Both the position numbers and the translations under genes were made by a program. A DNA stretch of 64,000 bases from Cyanidioschyzon merolae. Its lineage: Eukaryota. Below, in pieces: positions 1 to 10,949 of this stretch. Each line of letters starts with the position of its first letter. Position 1 is the first letter of the stretch. The stretch is from NCBI GenBank assembly GCA_000091205.1, contig AP006490.2; one strand, 5' to 3'. A model generated the notes under the pieces. It saw only the letters and a list, made by a program, of their open reading frames with translations, made no database searches and was not told the origin of the DNA.

Positions 1-2
1 TT

Positions 3-515
3 ATGGAGGGTTATGTGGCCGGTGAGGCCTCAAAGGGAAACCCACTCTTCAAACCTTTCGTGAACACGGGCCTGGAACGCGGTCAGGCGCTGGCCTCTGA
101 CATTGCCTGGTTCCGCGACGAACTCGGCTATCAAGTACCCGAGCCGACCGAGGCAGCGCAGCGTTACATAGACTATTTGCGAGGTCTCTTCGAACGCAGT
201 CCAGAGGCCGTGCTCTGCCACTGGTACAATTATTACTTCGCACACACCGCTGGTGGTCGAATGATTGGACGGAACATGGAGAATATGCTGTTTGGCGACG
301 GGCCCAATGCAAAGCGCTTCGAGTTCTACAAATGGGAGCGAGACGTCAAACAGATCTTGGATGAGGTACGTGAGCGAATTGATGAAGTAGCCAAGGATTG
401 GCCCCGGGAAGTCAAGGATGCATGCTTGAACGAGACCGGCCTCGCTTTCGCGTACAGTGGAACCATTCTAAATAATCTCGCGAAACGCGCCGAGGAGCCG
501 GCACCAGCATCGTGA
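3..515 (+). CDS. Heme oxygenase, plant/algal HY1-type, C-terminal portion; the N-terminus lies upstream of the window
   Basis: ORF translation LCHWYNYYFAHTAGGRMIGR...KRFEFYKWERDVKQILDEVRERIDEVAKDW...ETGLAFAYSGTIL matches the conserved C-terminal block of plant HO1/HY1 (xHFYNxYFAHSAGGRMIGR...ELEFYKW...). The ORF runs from the window edge and ends with TGA at 513-515. Confidence 0.55.
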   Translation: MEGYVAGEASKGNPLFKPFVNTGLERGQALASDIAWFRDELGYQVPEPTEAAQRYIDYLRGLFERSPEAVLCHWYNYYFAHTAGGRMIGRNMENMLFGDGPNAKRFEFYKWERDVKQILDEVRERIDEVAKDWPREVKDACLNETGLAFAYSGTILNNLAKRAEEPAPAS

Positions 516-1355
516 AAGTTTATCGAACCTGTTTGTGCGTAAAACGTAGTTTTTGTATGTATGGTCGCTGTTTGGCATCCGGGTCCCTCACAAAGTCTCG
601 GAGCGGTCGCGTATGATGCACCGCCAGCGCCGTGAACCCGCTCGTTGCCCGGCTGCGGACAGCGCGTCGGCACTGCTTGCCGCATGCACGCCAGCAAGAC
701 GAGCTCGACGGGCGCCTGCGAGACAACTCCGTAAAAGCGCGCTCTGCACTATGAGAGACAAGCGCACGACGTCCATGACACCAAATATGATCTGGTACGC
801 GGGGATCGAGTTTCGTCGCTGACCACGAACGAAGCATTCCCGGTGCGATCTGTAAATGGAACAGCTAGGAGATGCCCGCAGACGCTCCGTTGACGAAGAC
901 GCGTATATTAAAGAAGACCATGCGATCCTGCTGGTCATCGTGATCGTGCGTTCTGTGCTTCTGGTAGTGACGAGCACAGCAGGCGCAACGCCTCCGCTCA
1001 GCTAGTTTTCCATCGTTCCAGTGCGGCAGCATCGTATATGGCATCTTCGCTACTGGCGCTGCACACACGCCTGCGATCTGCTCTACTGAAGAGTCCGCGA
1101 GACGAACGAAGCAATCGCGGGATATGCGATGCCTGTCAGCATTCAGTTAATCGACGACCGCTGCACATCAGACTTCGTACGTGCCGAGAACCCGGGGCAA
1201 GACTTGCCTTCGTGGATCACGATGCAGCGCGGGAGCGCTCCTGAGGCACGGCACGCGGGACATCCGCGAACGCATCCATGGTGTTGTAGGGGGCAGCCAA
1301 CCGCCATGCGGTATCGAGGATACCGCTGCGCCGATGGACAAGTCCAAGCGAACGT

Positions 1356-2792
1356 TTACACAGAACCGTTGAATGCCGGGGTCTCCTGCGAGCCTGCCTT
1401 GGCCATGCGCCAGACGTCGTCGCCTCGAGCGAGCAACTCTATCAGGTGCAGGCCGCTGGGCGTCTCCACGATGCCACTCAGTTGGCCGGGTTCCAGGTTG
1501 CGAACGGCTCGTTCGAATTCTGCATGCATCTCACCGGGCCCAAAAGGACGTATCCGACCGCCGTATCGGCTGCTTTTGCAATCGCTATGCTGCAAGGCCA
1601 GCTGTTCAAACGAGACGAGTCCGCTTTGTATCGTTTTCTGGAACTTGGACAGAAGGGCCCGCGCTTCCGCTTTACTACGCACAATGGGGTGGCCCTTCAG
1701 GTCGCTAGGGTTTCGTGATCCGGTATGCTTCAACAATATGTGACGAACATAAAAGACATCGTCCGGTGCCCGAGTCGCGTTCGACTGGGTCGCATCTGTG
1801 TCGCCACCGGTGATGCCGCTCGCGGGTGATGCCTGCTGCTCCGGACAGCGGCGACCGAGCAGCTGAATCAGATGGAAGCCAGACGAGGTCTCCACAACGT
1901 CGCTGATATCGCCGGTATGTTTCAGCTCCAGAAACGCCACTCGGGCAAATGGCTCCTGCATGGTTGTGTAGTCAAACCAGCCCAGGTCGCCACCTCGTTT
2001 GTAAGAATTACAGTCTGATTCGATTCGAGCGACCTCCTCAAAGCTTGCTTCCCCGCTGAGAATGTGTTGCCTCAGAGACTCAATCACAGCGCGTGCCTCA
2101 TCTCGGCTAATGCTCACTGGTTGTCCGGTGCGCTTGGATACCGGGTTCCGCACGTCGCGATGTTTGATAAGGATATGGCGAGCGCGCACCTGTCCAGGAA
2201 CTGGAGCCGCCGCAGTGCTCTCCGCAGGCGATTGACGCTCTGGAGCGCCACCAAGCCGAAGCCTCACGTATTGGGAGCTAGACCCGAACTCTATACGCGA
2301 GCCTTCAGCGATTACAAGTGGCTTAAGCGGCTCAACTTGTTGTCCACGTACTCGCGTGGCCCCAGCGCCCAAGTCGATCAGATAAAACTTTCGATGTTCG
2401 CGGTGAAATGCGACGGCAGCGTGGAGCGCTCCAACGTCAGACGCGTCCGCGAGAACAATGTCAACTGCAGTGGCCTTTCCTTGGCCGTTTCCAACAAGCA
2501 GGTAGCCCCGATTCGCCGGAAAAGGAACTTTGCGGACCCGCTCGTTGCTCTTTTGAGTGTAAACGTCTAGACGTGCGCCAGACGGTGCAGCCCCTAGCCA
2601 ACGTGGTTCTTTAAAGGTAGGTTGGGCTTTTACACCAGAAGCTTTGCGAGCAGCTTCCATAGTCTTTCCGTGCGACTTACCTCCCTGAGCGAGCGCGGTT
2701 TCGCCAGCGCTTTGTTTCCCTCTGTAGTAGACACGACCCACCGGTTTGATAAAGTATACCGCTTCTTTGCTCCCAAAGGTTTCCACGAACAA
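1356..2792 (-). CDS. FHA-domain protein with two tandem parvulin-type (PpiC/rotamase) peptidyl-prolyl isomerase domains
   Basis: 478-aa ORF. N-terminal region has an FHA-like block (GYLLVGNGQGKATAVDIVLADASDV...FYLIDLGAGATRVRGQQVEP...RIEFG). Two rotamase domains (ARHILIKHRDVRNP...GDLGWFDYTTMQEPFARVAF...SSGFHLIQLL and VRHILLKHTGSRNP...SGLHLIELLAR) resemble Pin1/Par14-type PPIase cores. TAA stop. Confidence 0.7.
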   Translation of the reverse strand: MFVETFGSKEAVYFIKPVGRVYYRGKQSAGETALAQGGKSHGKTMEAARKASGVKAQPTFKEPRWLGAAPSGARLDVYTQKSNERVRKVPFPANRGYLLVGNGQGKATAVDIVLADASDVGALHAAVAFHREHRKFYLIDLGAGATRVRGQQVEPLKPLVIAEGSRIEFGSSSQYVRLRLGGAPERQSPAESTAAAPVPGQVRARHILIKHRDVRNPVSKRTGQPVSISRDEARAVIESLRQHILSGEASFEEVARIESDCNSYKRGGDLGWFDYTTMQEPFARVAFLELKHTGDISDVVETSSGFHLIQLLGRRCPEQQASPASGITGGDTDATQSNATRAPDDVFYVRHILLKHTGSRNPSDLKGHPIVRSKAEARALLSKFQKTIQSGLVSFEQLALQHSDCKSSRYGGRIRPFGPGEMHAEFERAVRNLEPGQLSGIVETPSGLHLIELLARGDDVWRMAKAGSQETPAFNGSV

Positions 2793-5154
2793 CTAGAACG
2801 CTGTAGTCTCTACAAATGCGCCCTTGAATATGGAACCTTTCATTGCTACTGAAGTCAGACAGCCGAGCTTTTGGTGCCACAGCTCGAGACGGCTGCGTGC
2901 ACCCCTCTGTAACGCAGGCGTCGTGCCGCCGAACGCTACCCCAGCGAAGTGCGAGCTCGTGCGCACGGCTTTAGCGCCTTTTGCGGCAAACTAGGTGCGC
3001 TGGTCTCGACGCTCACCTTGGGCTACGTCGACATTCGAACGATATTCATCCTTACTGCCGCTGCTGCCGTCATCGGTTTCCTGGCGACGTTCATCTTCCT
3101 TCCGGATGCAACCGGGTTGGATCTGCGCGAACATGACTGGGAATGGGACCTGACTCTTCGTAACCACGCTGAGCTGTACGGCGGCGAGGCCGCCAATCTA
3201 CGACATCTGTCGCTCTGCGAACGCTGGCAAGGCAGAGGCAAACGCTACACGCCGCACTGGCGAGCCCAGTTGCGCAAAGAGGAACGTTCAAGTGATGCAG
3301 CGGCAACCAAGCTAGCAACACCGCCGATCGCGGCGAGCACCCTCATACCGTCTACTGCTCCTGACAATCGCTGAGCATCGAGCGAACGATCCGGTACGAT
3401 GATACGGAGTATGGATGCCGTGCGCGTTGTAAAGGATCAAGTGATATCTATTGACGCTGAGCGAAAGCGTGAGCGACGTACAACTTGACACTTGGGCGCA
3501 GCAGCGCGACGACACGAGCCATGTTCCCGTTTCGAAACGCGAGCACAGCACGAAGGTATCAGCAGTACCAGCGGGTGACTGCGGTAGAACGAGCACTCGC
3601 GCTGCCTGGCAGCGTCTCGCGCATCGCATGGAACTGGAACTCGTGCGTTGCGTTTACGACGAAAGCGCTACACCTGGATCCACCTAAAATGGAATAGGTC
3701 TCATAATTTGGACGCGCTCTCTAAAGCTCGAGACTGTTTCCACTGCCGCCAACACTAGTGTGTGCGGGGATTTTCTGCAACAGCGCCCGTTTGCTCTCTC
3801 TTATTTCAGATTTTAGATACGCCCGTCTCTCCTTTCTTTGCGGCTCCGATGTCAGCAGTGAAAGCACGATGGCGGTAGCGTCAGCATCCCGATTCGGACG
3901 CTTCTGGTTGTTTGCGACGCATTGCGTTCACGGACGGGAGATGCAATCTACGGTTCGCTTGCCATTTCGAGCCTCTTGGTATGCAACTTCTGTGCAAACT
4001 CTCTAGCTGTGGCACTTGGTTGTGGTCAGGCCCTCCCGAATGCATGTGTCAGACCTGCCCGTGCTCCGAGCGCTGCTGTGTCGCGCGTCCAGGCTCGCTG
4101 CGTCGCTCTGTTCATACCCCTTCGGATCCAGAAGGCTCCATTGGATGCTGTTCTCGTTTTCAACGCTCAGTGCTGCATCCAACGATCTGGGGCTTCTTCT
4201 GAGTGATGTCCTCCGGGAGTATTCTGTCTGGTGCACGGGCGGTTGCAGGCTATTCCCGCTGACCGAGGATGTATGGAACGTGATGAATTCCATCATAAAT
4301 CGAATACCAAAAACAAAATCCAGGCTGGAGATCATAAGCACAAGTGTCTGCCCGTCACCGTTCCCATTGTGCAAAGCGATGAAGACGCTCTCCGCTGGAC
4401 CCAGTGGATGCGATGACTCAATTCCGAAGACAAGAGCCTTTTCGATGCAAACAGAAGATACGGAAGCGTTTGGGAGCGTGTCACCCGAAATGCAGCATGC
4501 CGGTGCTGTCGAATGCAGTTGTGTCACTGGTCACAGCCACAGGAGGGTTTGTCTTTCGAACGCAATCGAATATTTGGGTGAGAAACTCAGGGACTTTTCG
4601 GCTTGAGCTGGCGAAGAACGCATCCTGGAATGACGCCCCGTTTTTTGATTCCCCTTCAATCCCACATCGCCTATAACGTTCCTTAGCGAGAGATCCATAA
4701 AATTAAAGCACGCGCGATTTGAACATCCTGCACATAAGGAACGGAGAAGACCGGAGGCTTATCCATATGGACTGACGATTGATATCCTTTGTTTCACGAA
4801 AACTAGTTCGAAGGAGGCGTGAAACGTCCTCATTCCGGCCACGTACCGAATTCCAGCGGCAAAGCGTCGAAAGAGCCACGTCGAACAGCGTGACATGAAT
4901 CCTGAGGCTACTTGTATGCGTCCGTAAGCTGTTACTTTTTGCACGTCGAAAACCGACTTTGCACATCTAAATTTTCGTTCGAAAAATACTCCGAGATGTA
5001 GGAACAAAGCACAGCATCCCGTGGTGCACTTCACTCGGATACGTATGAAGCGTATGCCGCTCTTCGACGAACGCTAGCTCAGCTTGTCTGCTGCTTGCTG
5101 ACCTCGAGGCGACCAGTGAGCGCCTCGAAGCACTCGAGTTGTCACGCCTAGGGT

Positions 5155-5796
5155 ATGGGAAGCACGCAGGATGTGCTTTTGATGAAACGTGAACTTCGAA
5201 AGCGCATGCGGGAGCTGCTTCGGCAGGTGTCAAGGAACGATTTGCGAGAGCGTTCCGCGGAAGCCTGCCGACAGCTCACCAACTCGGAGGTGTTTCGGTC
5301 TGCACGAACTGTAGCGGCATTCTGCCACATGCCGACTAGCGAAGTGGAGACGACTGATTTGCTTGCCGCCTGTTTTGCTGAAGGGAAACGCGTTTTTCTG
5401 CCCCGTGTGGATGAAGGATCAGTGCGAAAGATGTTGTTTTTGGAGGCCCACGGTCTGCAGGACGTCGAGAGCTGGCCCCTGAACGCCATGGGTATTCGGG
5501 AGCCGCCTTCTACGTGGAACGGACAAGTCAGAAGAGAAGTGCGCACGCTGGTTGAGCGAGAGCGAAAACCTCTCGACCTCATTGTCGTGCCCGGACTCGC
5601 CTTTGACACGTTCGGTCGTCGACTGGGTCGCGGCAAGGGCTACTACGACACCTTTCTGGCGACGTGTGAGCATTTGCATCACGAGATGCAGCTTCCTCCG
5701 CCTCGAAGAGTTGGTCTTGCGCTTTCATGCCAGATGGTCACCGAGGTGCCGGTATCAGCACATGATCAGGTCGTGGAGGCAGTCTTTTACGCTTGA
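5155..5796 (+). CDS. 5-formyltetrahydrofolate cyclo-ligase (MTHFS family)
   Basis: ORF contains KRELRKRMRELL... and LIVVPGLAFDTFGRRLGRGKGYYDTFLA, the C-terminal signature of 5-FTHF cyclo-ligases. TGA stop. True start may be an internal Met (MKRELRKR at about 5185). Confidence 0.75.
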   Translation: MGSTQDVLLMKRELRKRMRELLRQVSRNDLRERSAEACRQLTNSEVFRSARTVAAFCHMPTSEVETTDLLAACFAEGKRVFLPRVDEGSVRKMLFLEAHGLQDVESWPLNAMGIREPPSTWNGQVRREVRTLVERERKPLDLIVVPGLAFDTFGRRLGRGKGYYDTFLATCEHLHHEMQLPPPRRVGLALSCQMVTEVPVSAHDQVVEAVFYA

Positions 5797-6726
5797 GGTG
5801 TCCGGCCATACCATGGAACGCTATGGCAAACGGGCACGCAGCTATAGCCATAGACGCTCGTACGCGCGCAAGCTTGACGATGAACGATAGCCCCGGGAAG
5901 CGCGAGCGTAAAAGCACTGACTCGGCACCGTGCACGATACAGATACCGCTGAACCTATTCATCACTGCATCGAAGCCGCAAGGCGAACTTTATCCGATCA
6001 AAACGATTGCTGAAGACTGCATGCACGACTAGAGGAGCTAGATGAAGGAACCTCTTCTGCAGGTGCATGCTCGCACTGCGTCCTATGCTGAAAAGCAGAT
6101 CCACCAACAATTCATGGGGAAGCGTACATTGCCACTGAGCACTTCACTATCCGAAAGCATCCTTCGGATGGAGTCCTTTGCCAAAACCGCGACACGACAG
6201 AGCGCTGATGGCAATCATTTCAGAAGCGTGATTATTTGACGTATGTGCGTTGCCGCGACAATAGAGCCGGCTAGGTTCGGGGATCTGGTATCATCGTAAA
6301 GAACGCAGTGCAATTCTGTGTCTTCGCGCATTGTTTTGCCCCGGTGGCATTGCACAAAGAAGTCCCTGCGTCTGAGGCAAGGCCTCGGGGTACACGCTGC
6401 ACCCGGGTCTCTGATGCCAGTAATGCTGGAGTGCTGCACTGCAGCGCACACAGGCTCACCCCTGGATGCAAAAGGCGCGTGTTCCTCGCAGCGTTTATGA
6501 TGCGTTTTCCCAAACCATGCGACAGTTTATCAAGGCCGCATCCAGAGGGCATGCACAGTCTGCGTTCCTTCAAGTATCGGGATTCTGCTGGCATAGACAC
6601 AACCACGCATCCGTGCGTACAGAGCTGGTGGTGCGATCGGTATTCGCCCAGGTGCCTCAGAGGCTGTGCAAGGCTCTCCCGCGCTCAACCATTCCACCAC
6701 CTGCCATCGTTGCGCCATCGGACTCA

Positions 6727-8100
6727 TTACAGCGCCCAGTCCTCTTCATCCAAATCAGATTCATCATCTTCTTCCTGGTCTAGTGATGCGATATCGATTT
6801 GGTATCGCAGAATACCTCCAATGCCACCAAAACCTTTCACGAACTGACTGCCCTCTGCGGTTCGATCTGTCACCAAGTCCAGATGTGCTCCGAATCGCTT
6901 GTAGTTTTGCGCGAGCCAGTCCACCAGGGACTCTGACTCTTTGATTTCCATGTCTGGTCCGCCGTCCTTGGCCGTATCACTCGCCAACTGATCCAGCTTC
7001 TCCTTCTGAACGATCCGCACAGTCTCTTCGCCCGACTGTGGGTTCATCAAGACAACACGGTCATACTCGAGGTTCTCCCAGACAATTAATTTCTCTACTG
7101 CGCCCATTTCCAGCGCCTTCATGGTATCGTCGACCCCGTAGCAATATTACCCAGTATCCAGTGCGATCTGGTCATAAAATTCCTTCAAAAGCCGCTTCTC
7201 ACGTACATATTTCACGTTTGACAGACTGTCAGCAGCCAGTTCAATCGCTTGATTGAGACCAACCTCACCGCCCTAGCTGATATCTACGACCGCGATCACT
7301 TTGGCCTGTAGACGGGGGTCGAACAGGTCGCTGCGTGCGAGCTCATTCTTAAAGTCCGCGGAACCAGCCAGCACGATGCCGCTCACATTAACTTTGTCGC
7401 CATCGGGAATAAAGAGCCGCACCGCATCTTCGCCAACACGTCGTAGATAGTTATGCCGTTTTTCCATGCGGAGACGCGCAAAACGGAGCGCGGACTGACC
7501 ACCTCGACCATGCTTCTTCGGCAAATCGACCGTGAAACGATGCAGAATCTCGCGCGTATTCCCCGAAAGTACAGCGGAAAGCGCCCCATTCCCGTCGATG
7601 ATGATGAACCCGAACTTTTCATCACCTTCAAGCAGATTCATCAGTGGTTCTACGTGGAACCGCGAGTCGCAATAATACAACGACGTGTTGATCGGCTTGT
7701 GTGCCTCGAAGTCGATGGTCACTTGTTTCTCGCCCTTGTCCGTTAGAACAGTCCCACAGTAAATTGCTAGACCGTTCGGTGGAACTTTGTTGTAGAGCTT
7801 AAGGCGCTGTTGCGTAGATGTGATAGCAGACAACACGGAAAGTCGGTTGACACGGGACTTGATGTTGGGGGCTGTTCCCGCTTCGTCTGCGAGAAGTTTC
7901 CCAACCTTTGCAACTTGGTCGCCCGGTGGAATCAGTAACGAAATCATGGACGTGCCGTTACCACGTGCTGCCTCCAAGCCTTTGAGCAGTTTTTTAATGC
8001 GGAACATGGTTACCGCCCGATCCTCATCGTCCTATTCGTGGTTGTTCGACGGCAGTGCGGCGCCCACGGCAGCAGCAGCTACCGTCGTGATGGATGCCAT
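6727..8100 (-). CDS. eRF1: Eukaryotic peptide chain release factor 1 (eRF1/ETF1/Sup45 homolog). The single continuous frame is interrupted by in-frame TAG (8032-8034, N-terminal extension), TAG (7273-7275) and TAA (7147-7149)
   Basis: ORFs 7273..8007 and 6727..7122 are in the same frame, and the 150 nt between them also translate in that frame into eRF1 sequence ([41 protein letters not shown][TAA]YCYGVDDT). NIKS (TAPNIKS), YxCxxxF (YYCDSRFH) and GGQ ([15 protein letters not shown]) motifs are present. The C-terminal domain and acidic tail are conserved. Terminal TAA is immediately followed by TGA. Confidence 0.85.
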
Positions 8101-8607
8101 GCTTAGCGGGAAAGCACACGAACGCGACTCTCTGAACGCGTAAAAAGTAATCTCTATGCGATGAAGGCTTTTTGCTCTGCCTAAGAGTCACCCTGGTTTT
8201 AACGCAACAGCACCACCAGTGCTAGACAACGCGTAGCCGAACACTGCTGCCACCCGGTGAGAAGACCCTGGGTCGAGCGCGCATTGTGGCAGCCTTCGCC
8301 GGCGCGCCGCATCATCACAACGTCTTGGGAGAAGAGCGCTTTTCACACAGTGCTTCAGGATGTTGTTCGGTATAGCAGAGACCTGATTGCGGTAGGGAAT
8401 CGAAACAGGTTTCCAAGCGACAGCTTGAACGGCACGGTTCTAGTTCGACAGTTGCACGCAGCCTGCTGCGTTAAAAGCGGAGGAAAGCGCTTTTTCGCTT
8501 GGAGCAGGATTTGCTGCCTGTTGCAGCGAAAGAAGATTCGCTGAAAACGACGCTTTGGGCTAGCGTTCTATCGCCGAACTGGTGTTGTTGCAACGAGTAA
8601 ACTCAGC

Positions 8608-9651
8608 ATGCGGCTATTGTTGCAGCGTTGGAGCCAAACGATGCGGCACGGGAGCCGCAACGCGCTCGGGATCGTGAGGCTGCGATCCTTTCCTGGTTGC
8701 CTCTCTGGGTCGGAAAGTCGATCACACTGGAGGCCAGTCACGGTATGGAGCACGTGTGCAGCCGTCATCGCGGCGAGCTTAGCGAGCGTTCAACGCCCGG
8801 AATGGCGACCGTGGCTCTGCTACGCTGAGGCGTCCACCTCGCTAGAAAGTACACACAACTTCACGGCTGCTACGGAAAAAGTTGCACCCTTGAGCGATGC
8901 AGCGGAACCGGCAACAATACTGTGGAAACAACTGCCTGACTCGCTTGCAGAGCTGCGCAAGGCCGACATCGTGCTTTACCAATATGAAACATGTCCATTC
9001 TGCAATAAACTCCGGGCCTATCTGGACTATTGGCGAATACCGTACAAGGTTGTCGAGGTGAATCCAGTAGGCAAGAAGGAGCTAAAATTCAGCTCCTATC
9101 GCAAAGTACCCATTCTGGTGGTGAACGGCACACAACTCAACGACTCTGCTGCTATTATCAAAGCACTGGCGCGCATCACGGACCCGGACCGTGCGTTAAA
9201 CACGCAATGGTTCGACTGGATCGACTCCTGGTTTGTGCACACCTTACCACCAAATATATACCGCACCCGTCATGAGGCGCTGGAAACGTTTGACTACATC
9301 ACGGAAAAGGAGAAATTCTCGCCGTGGCAGCGCTTCACGATTCGCTACGTGGGTGCTGCGGCCATGTATTTTGTGAGTCGCCGCCTCAAGAAGAAGTATC
9401 ATATCGTCGATGAGCGCCAAGCACTCTATGATGCATGTCGTGACTGGCTCCAGGCTGTCGGTTGGCCAGAACGTCGTTTTCTGGGAGGTGCACGACCATG
9501 TGCTGCAGACCTGGCCATGTTTGGCGTCCTTCGCAGCATCGAGGGTTTCACAGCGTTTCATGAGCTCGCGGCCAATGTGCCGGAGATCGTTCAATGGTAT
9601 CGGATCATGAAGGACCAGGTGGGTCCGTCTGCGCGCATTGATTCGATGTAG
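8608..9651 (+). CDS. Prostaglandin E synthase 2-like protein (glutaredoxin/GST-fold, PTGES2 family), probably mitochondrial
   Basis: LYQYETCPFCNKLRAYLDYWRIPYKVVEVNPVGKKELKFSSYRKVPILV...LNDSAAIIKAL and C-terminal FLGGARPCAADLAMFGVLRSIEGFTAF align closely with human PTGES2 ([32 protein letters not shown]...FSSYRKVPIL...[24 protein letters not shown]). TAG stop. Confidence 0.75.
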   Translation: MRLLLQRWSQTMRHGSRNALGIVRLRSFPGCLSGSESRSHWRPVTVWSTCAAVIAASLASVQRPEWRPWLCYAEASTSLESTHNFTAATEKVAPLSDAAEPATILWKQLPDSLAELRKADIVLYQYETCPFCNKLRAYLDYWRIPYKVVEVNPVGKKELKFSSYRKVPILVVNGTQLNDSAAIIKALARITDPDRALNTQWFDWIDSWFVHTLPPNIYRTRHEALETFDYITEKEKFSPWQRFTIRYVGAAAMYFVSRRLKKKYHIVDERQALYDACRDWLQAVGWPERRFLGGARPCAADLAMFGVLRSIEGFTAFHELAANVPEIVQWYRIMKDQVGPSARIDSM

Positions 9652-10375
9652 AAAAGTTGCCGAATTTTCTGGTGAACTGATTACCTGCAGAACGCAAAGA
9701 ATGGAATTTTTTATCTATTTTGATGGATTGAGGATCGAAAACAATGCAGTGTTGCGTGTTGAACGCGAACGGCACAAAGAATGCAACGTTATCGATCTGG
9801 ATTGATTGTGGGTCTGGGCTGCGCAGAACGGTCTGGAAGATAGACGAGTCACCTGTGAGCACCCTCCATATCCTGAGCAAAGTACTTCGTCATCCGTGGC
9901 GAATCGTGTGCATATCTTGGATTTGTCATATGGGCAATTTTGATTGGTAGCCTGGTGCATTGCTGGTACACGTCATCCACCGAGATGCTTTGACTGTCTC
10001 ATACCAACAACCCATTCGCAAGAACGCACACGGCATCGTGTTTTGTTCCCGTAGCGGGAACTTCCGGTAGTAACCTCAACTGAGGAAGGAGCCGCTCGCT
10101 CGTGCTGCGCCCAAACCTCCAGCTGGGCATCATCATTTTTCATATCTCTGTTCAGTGCGACGAGCATGTAAAGGCAAAACTCATCAGAGATAGGCAGACG
10201 AACTAGGCACTTCCCTAGTAGCGAGGACTCTCGTTTAAGACGCCGAGTTGCCGGTGCGTCCTGCAACGTGCACCAGCGCTGTTCTCTATCGCCATCCGCT
10301 GGCTCACGCGGTACACCCAAACCTAGTCTGCGGGAAACTTACGCAAAGTTTCCAGGATCATAGCTTTGGGGCTCC

Positions 10376-10693
10376 TCACTCCCGAGTCGCGCTGTGCGTG
10401 ACCTCTTTTCGCTGGGTTGGCATCCCCAGCGACCGAACGAGGACGACGTTTTCGCCTTTGAGGAGGATCGTCCCTAGAGCAACCGTCCGCCGCTTATGCT
10501 TTGCAGTACTTCCCCACTGCTCCACGGTGTCGACCAGAACTAGATTGGTGTGTTCGTCGAAGCCGCGCAAGGTGCCTTCCAGAGAGTATCTGGTGTTTTC
10601 GAATAACCAGACCTCAACGCGGGCTTGTTGGCGCGCCAGCGTTGCTAACAACTGCTCTGGAACTATCCGTCTGTCCAGAGCGTCCTTCGGCAT
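10376..10693 (-). CDS. Sm-like (LSm) small nuclear ribonucleoprotein family protein
   Basis: 105-aa ORF with an Sm fold pattern (VEVWLFENTRYSLEGTLRGFDEHTNLVLVDTVEQ...LGTILLKGENVVLV). TGA stop. The C-terminal tail is slightly longer than typical. Confidence 0.55.
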   Translation of the reverse strand: MPKDALDRRIVPEQLLATLARQQARVEVWLFENTRYSLEGTLRGFDEHTNLVLVDTVEQWGSTAKHKRRTVALGTILLKGENVVLVRSLGMPTQRKEVTHSATRE

Positions 10694-10949
10694 CTATGTT
10701 CACCACTTAAGTTGGCTGCAGGCGTGCAACCAGGGGATTTTGCCTGCTTTTCACGGTTTGCTCGGGAGCAGATAACAGCGCGAATGCCGAAGCGAACAAC
10801 GTTACGTCAGCGCAGCAAACCCGTTTCGCCACAATATCGTGTACATGAATATCCACCCGCAGACGTGTCTCAGCCTTTTCTTACAGGGTTCTGGTATCGG
10901 TTTCAGTTTCTCCATATACACTCCGACGCTGTGAGGCTGCCCAACAAAG

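Noticed and set aside
2949-3374. ORF resembling the C-terminus of an MFS transporter (LTAAAAVIGFLATFIFLPDATGLDLREHD)
   Set aside because: The resemblance covers only the last TM plus a generic tail. There is an in-frame stop immediately upstream, and no N-terminal partner ORF exists because the parvulin gene start is at 2792. It is either a tiny pseudogene remnant or chance.
6308-6847. 179-aa plus-strand ORF overlapping the 3' part of eRF1
   Set aside because: It lies opposite the well-supported eRF1 C-terminal domain, has a low-complexity Ser-rich translation and no homology. It is a spurious overlap ORF.
6727-8100. Genome-wide stop-codon reassignment (UAA/UAG as sense codons) as the explanation for the in-frame stops in eRF1
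   Set aside because: About 20 other conserved genes totalling about 9000 codons contain no in-frame TAA/TAG. TAG and TAA terminate RPS4, MCTS1, PTGES2-like, uL13m, the parvulin gene, SulP and the nuclease ORF at homolog-consistent C-termini. Reading through TAG in MCTS1 or RPS4 gives long non-conserved extensions. The anomaly is therefore specific to eRF1.
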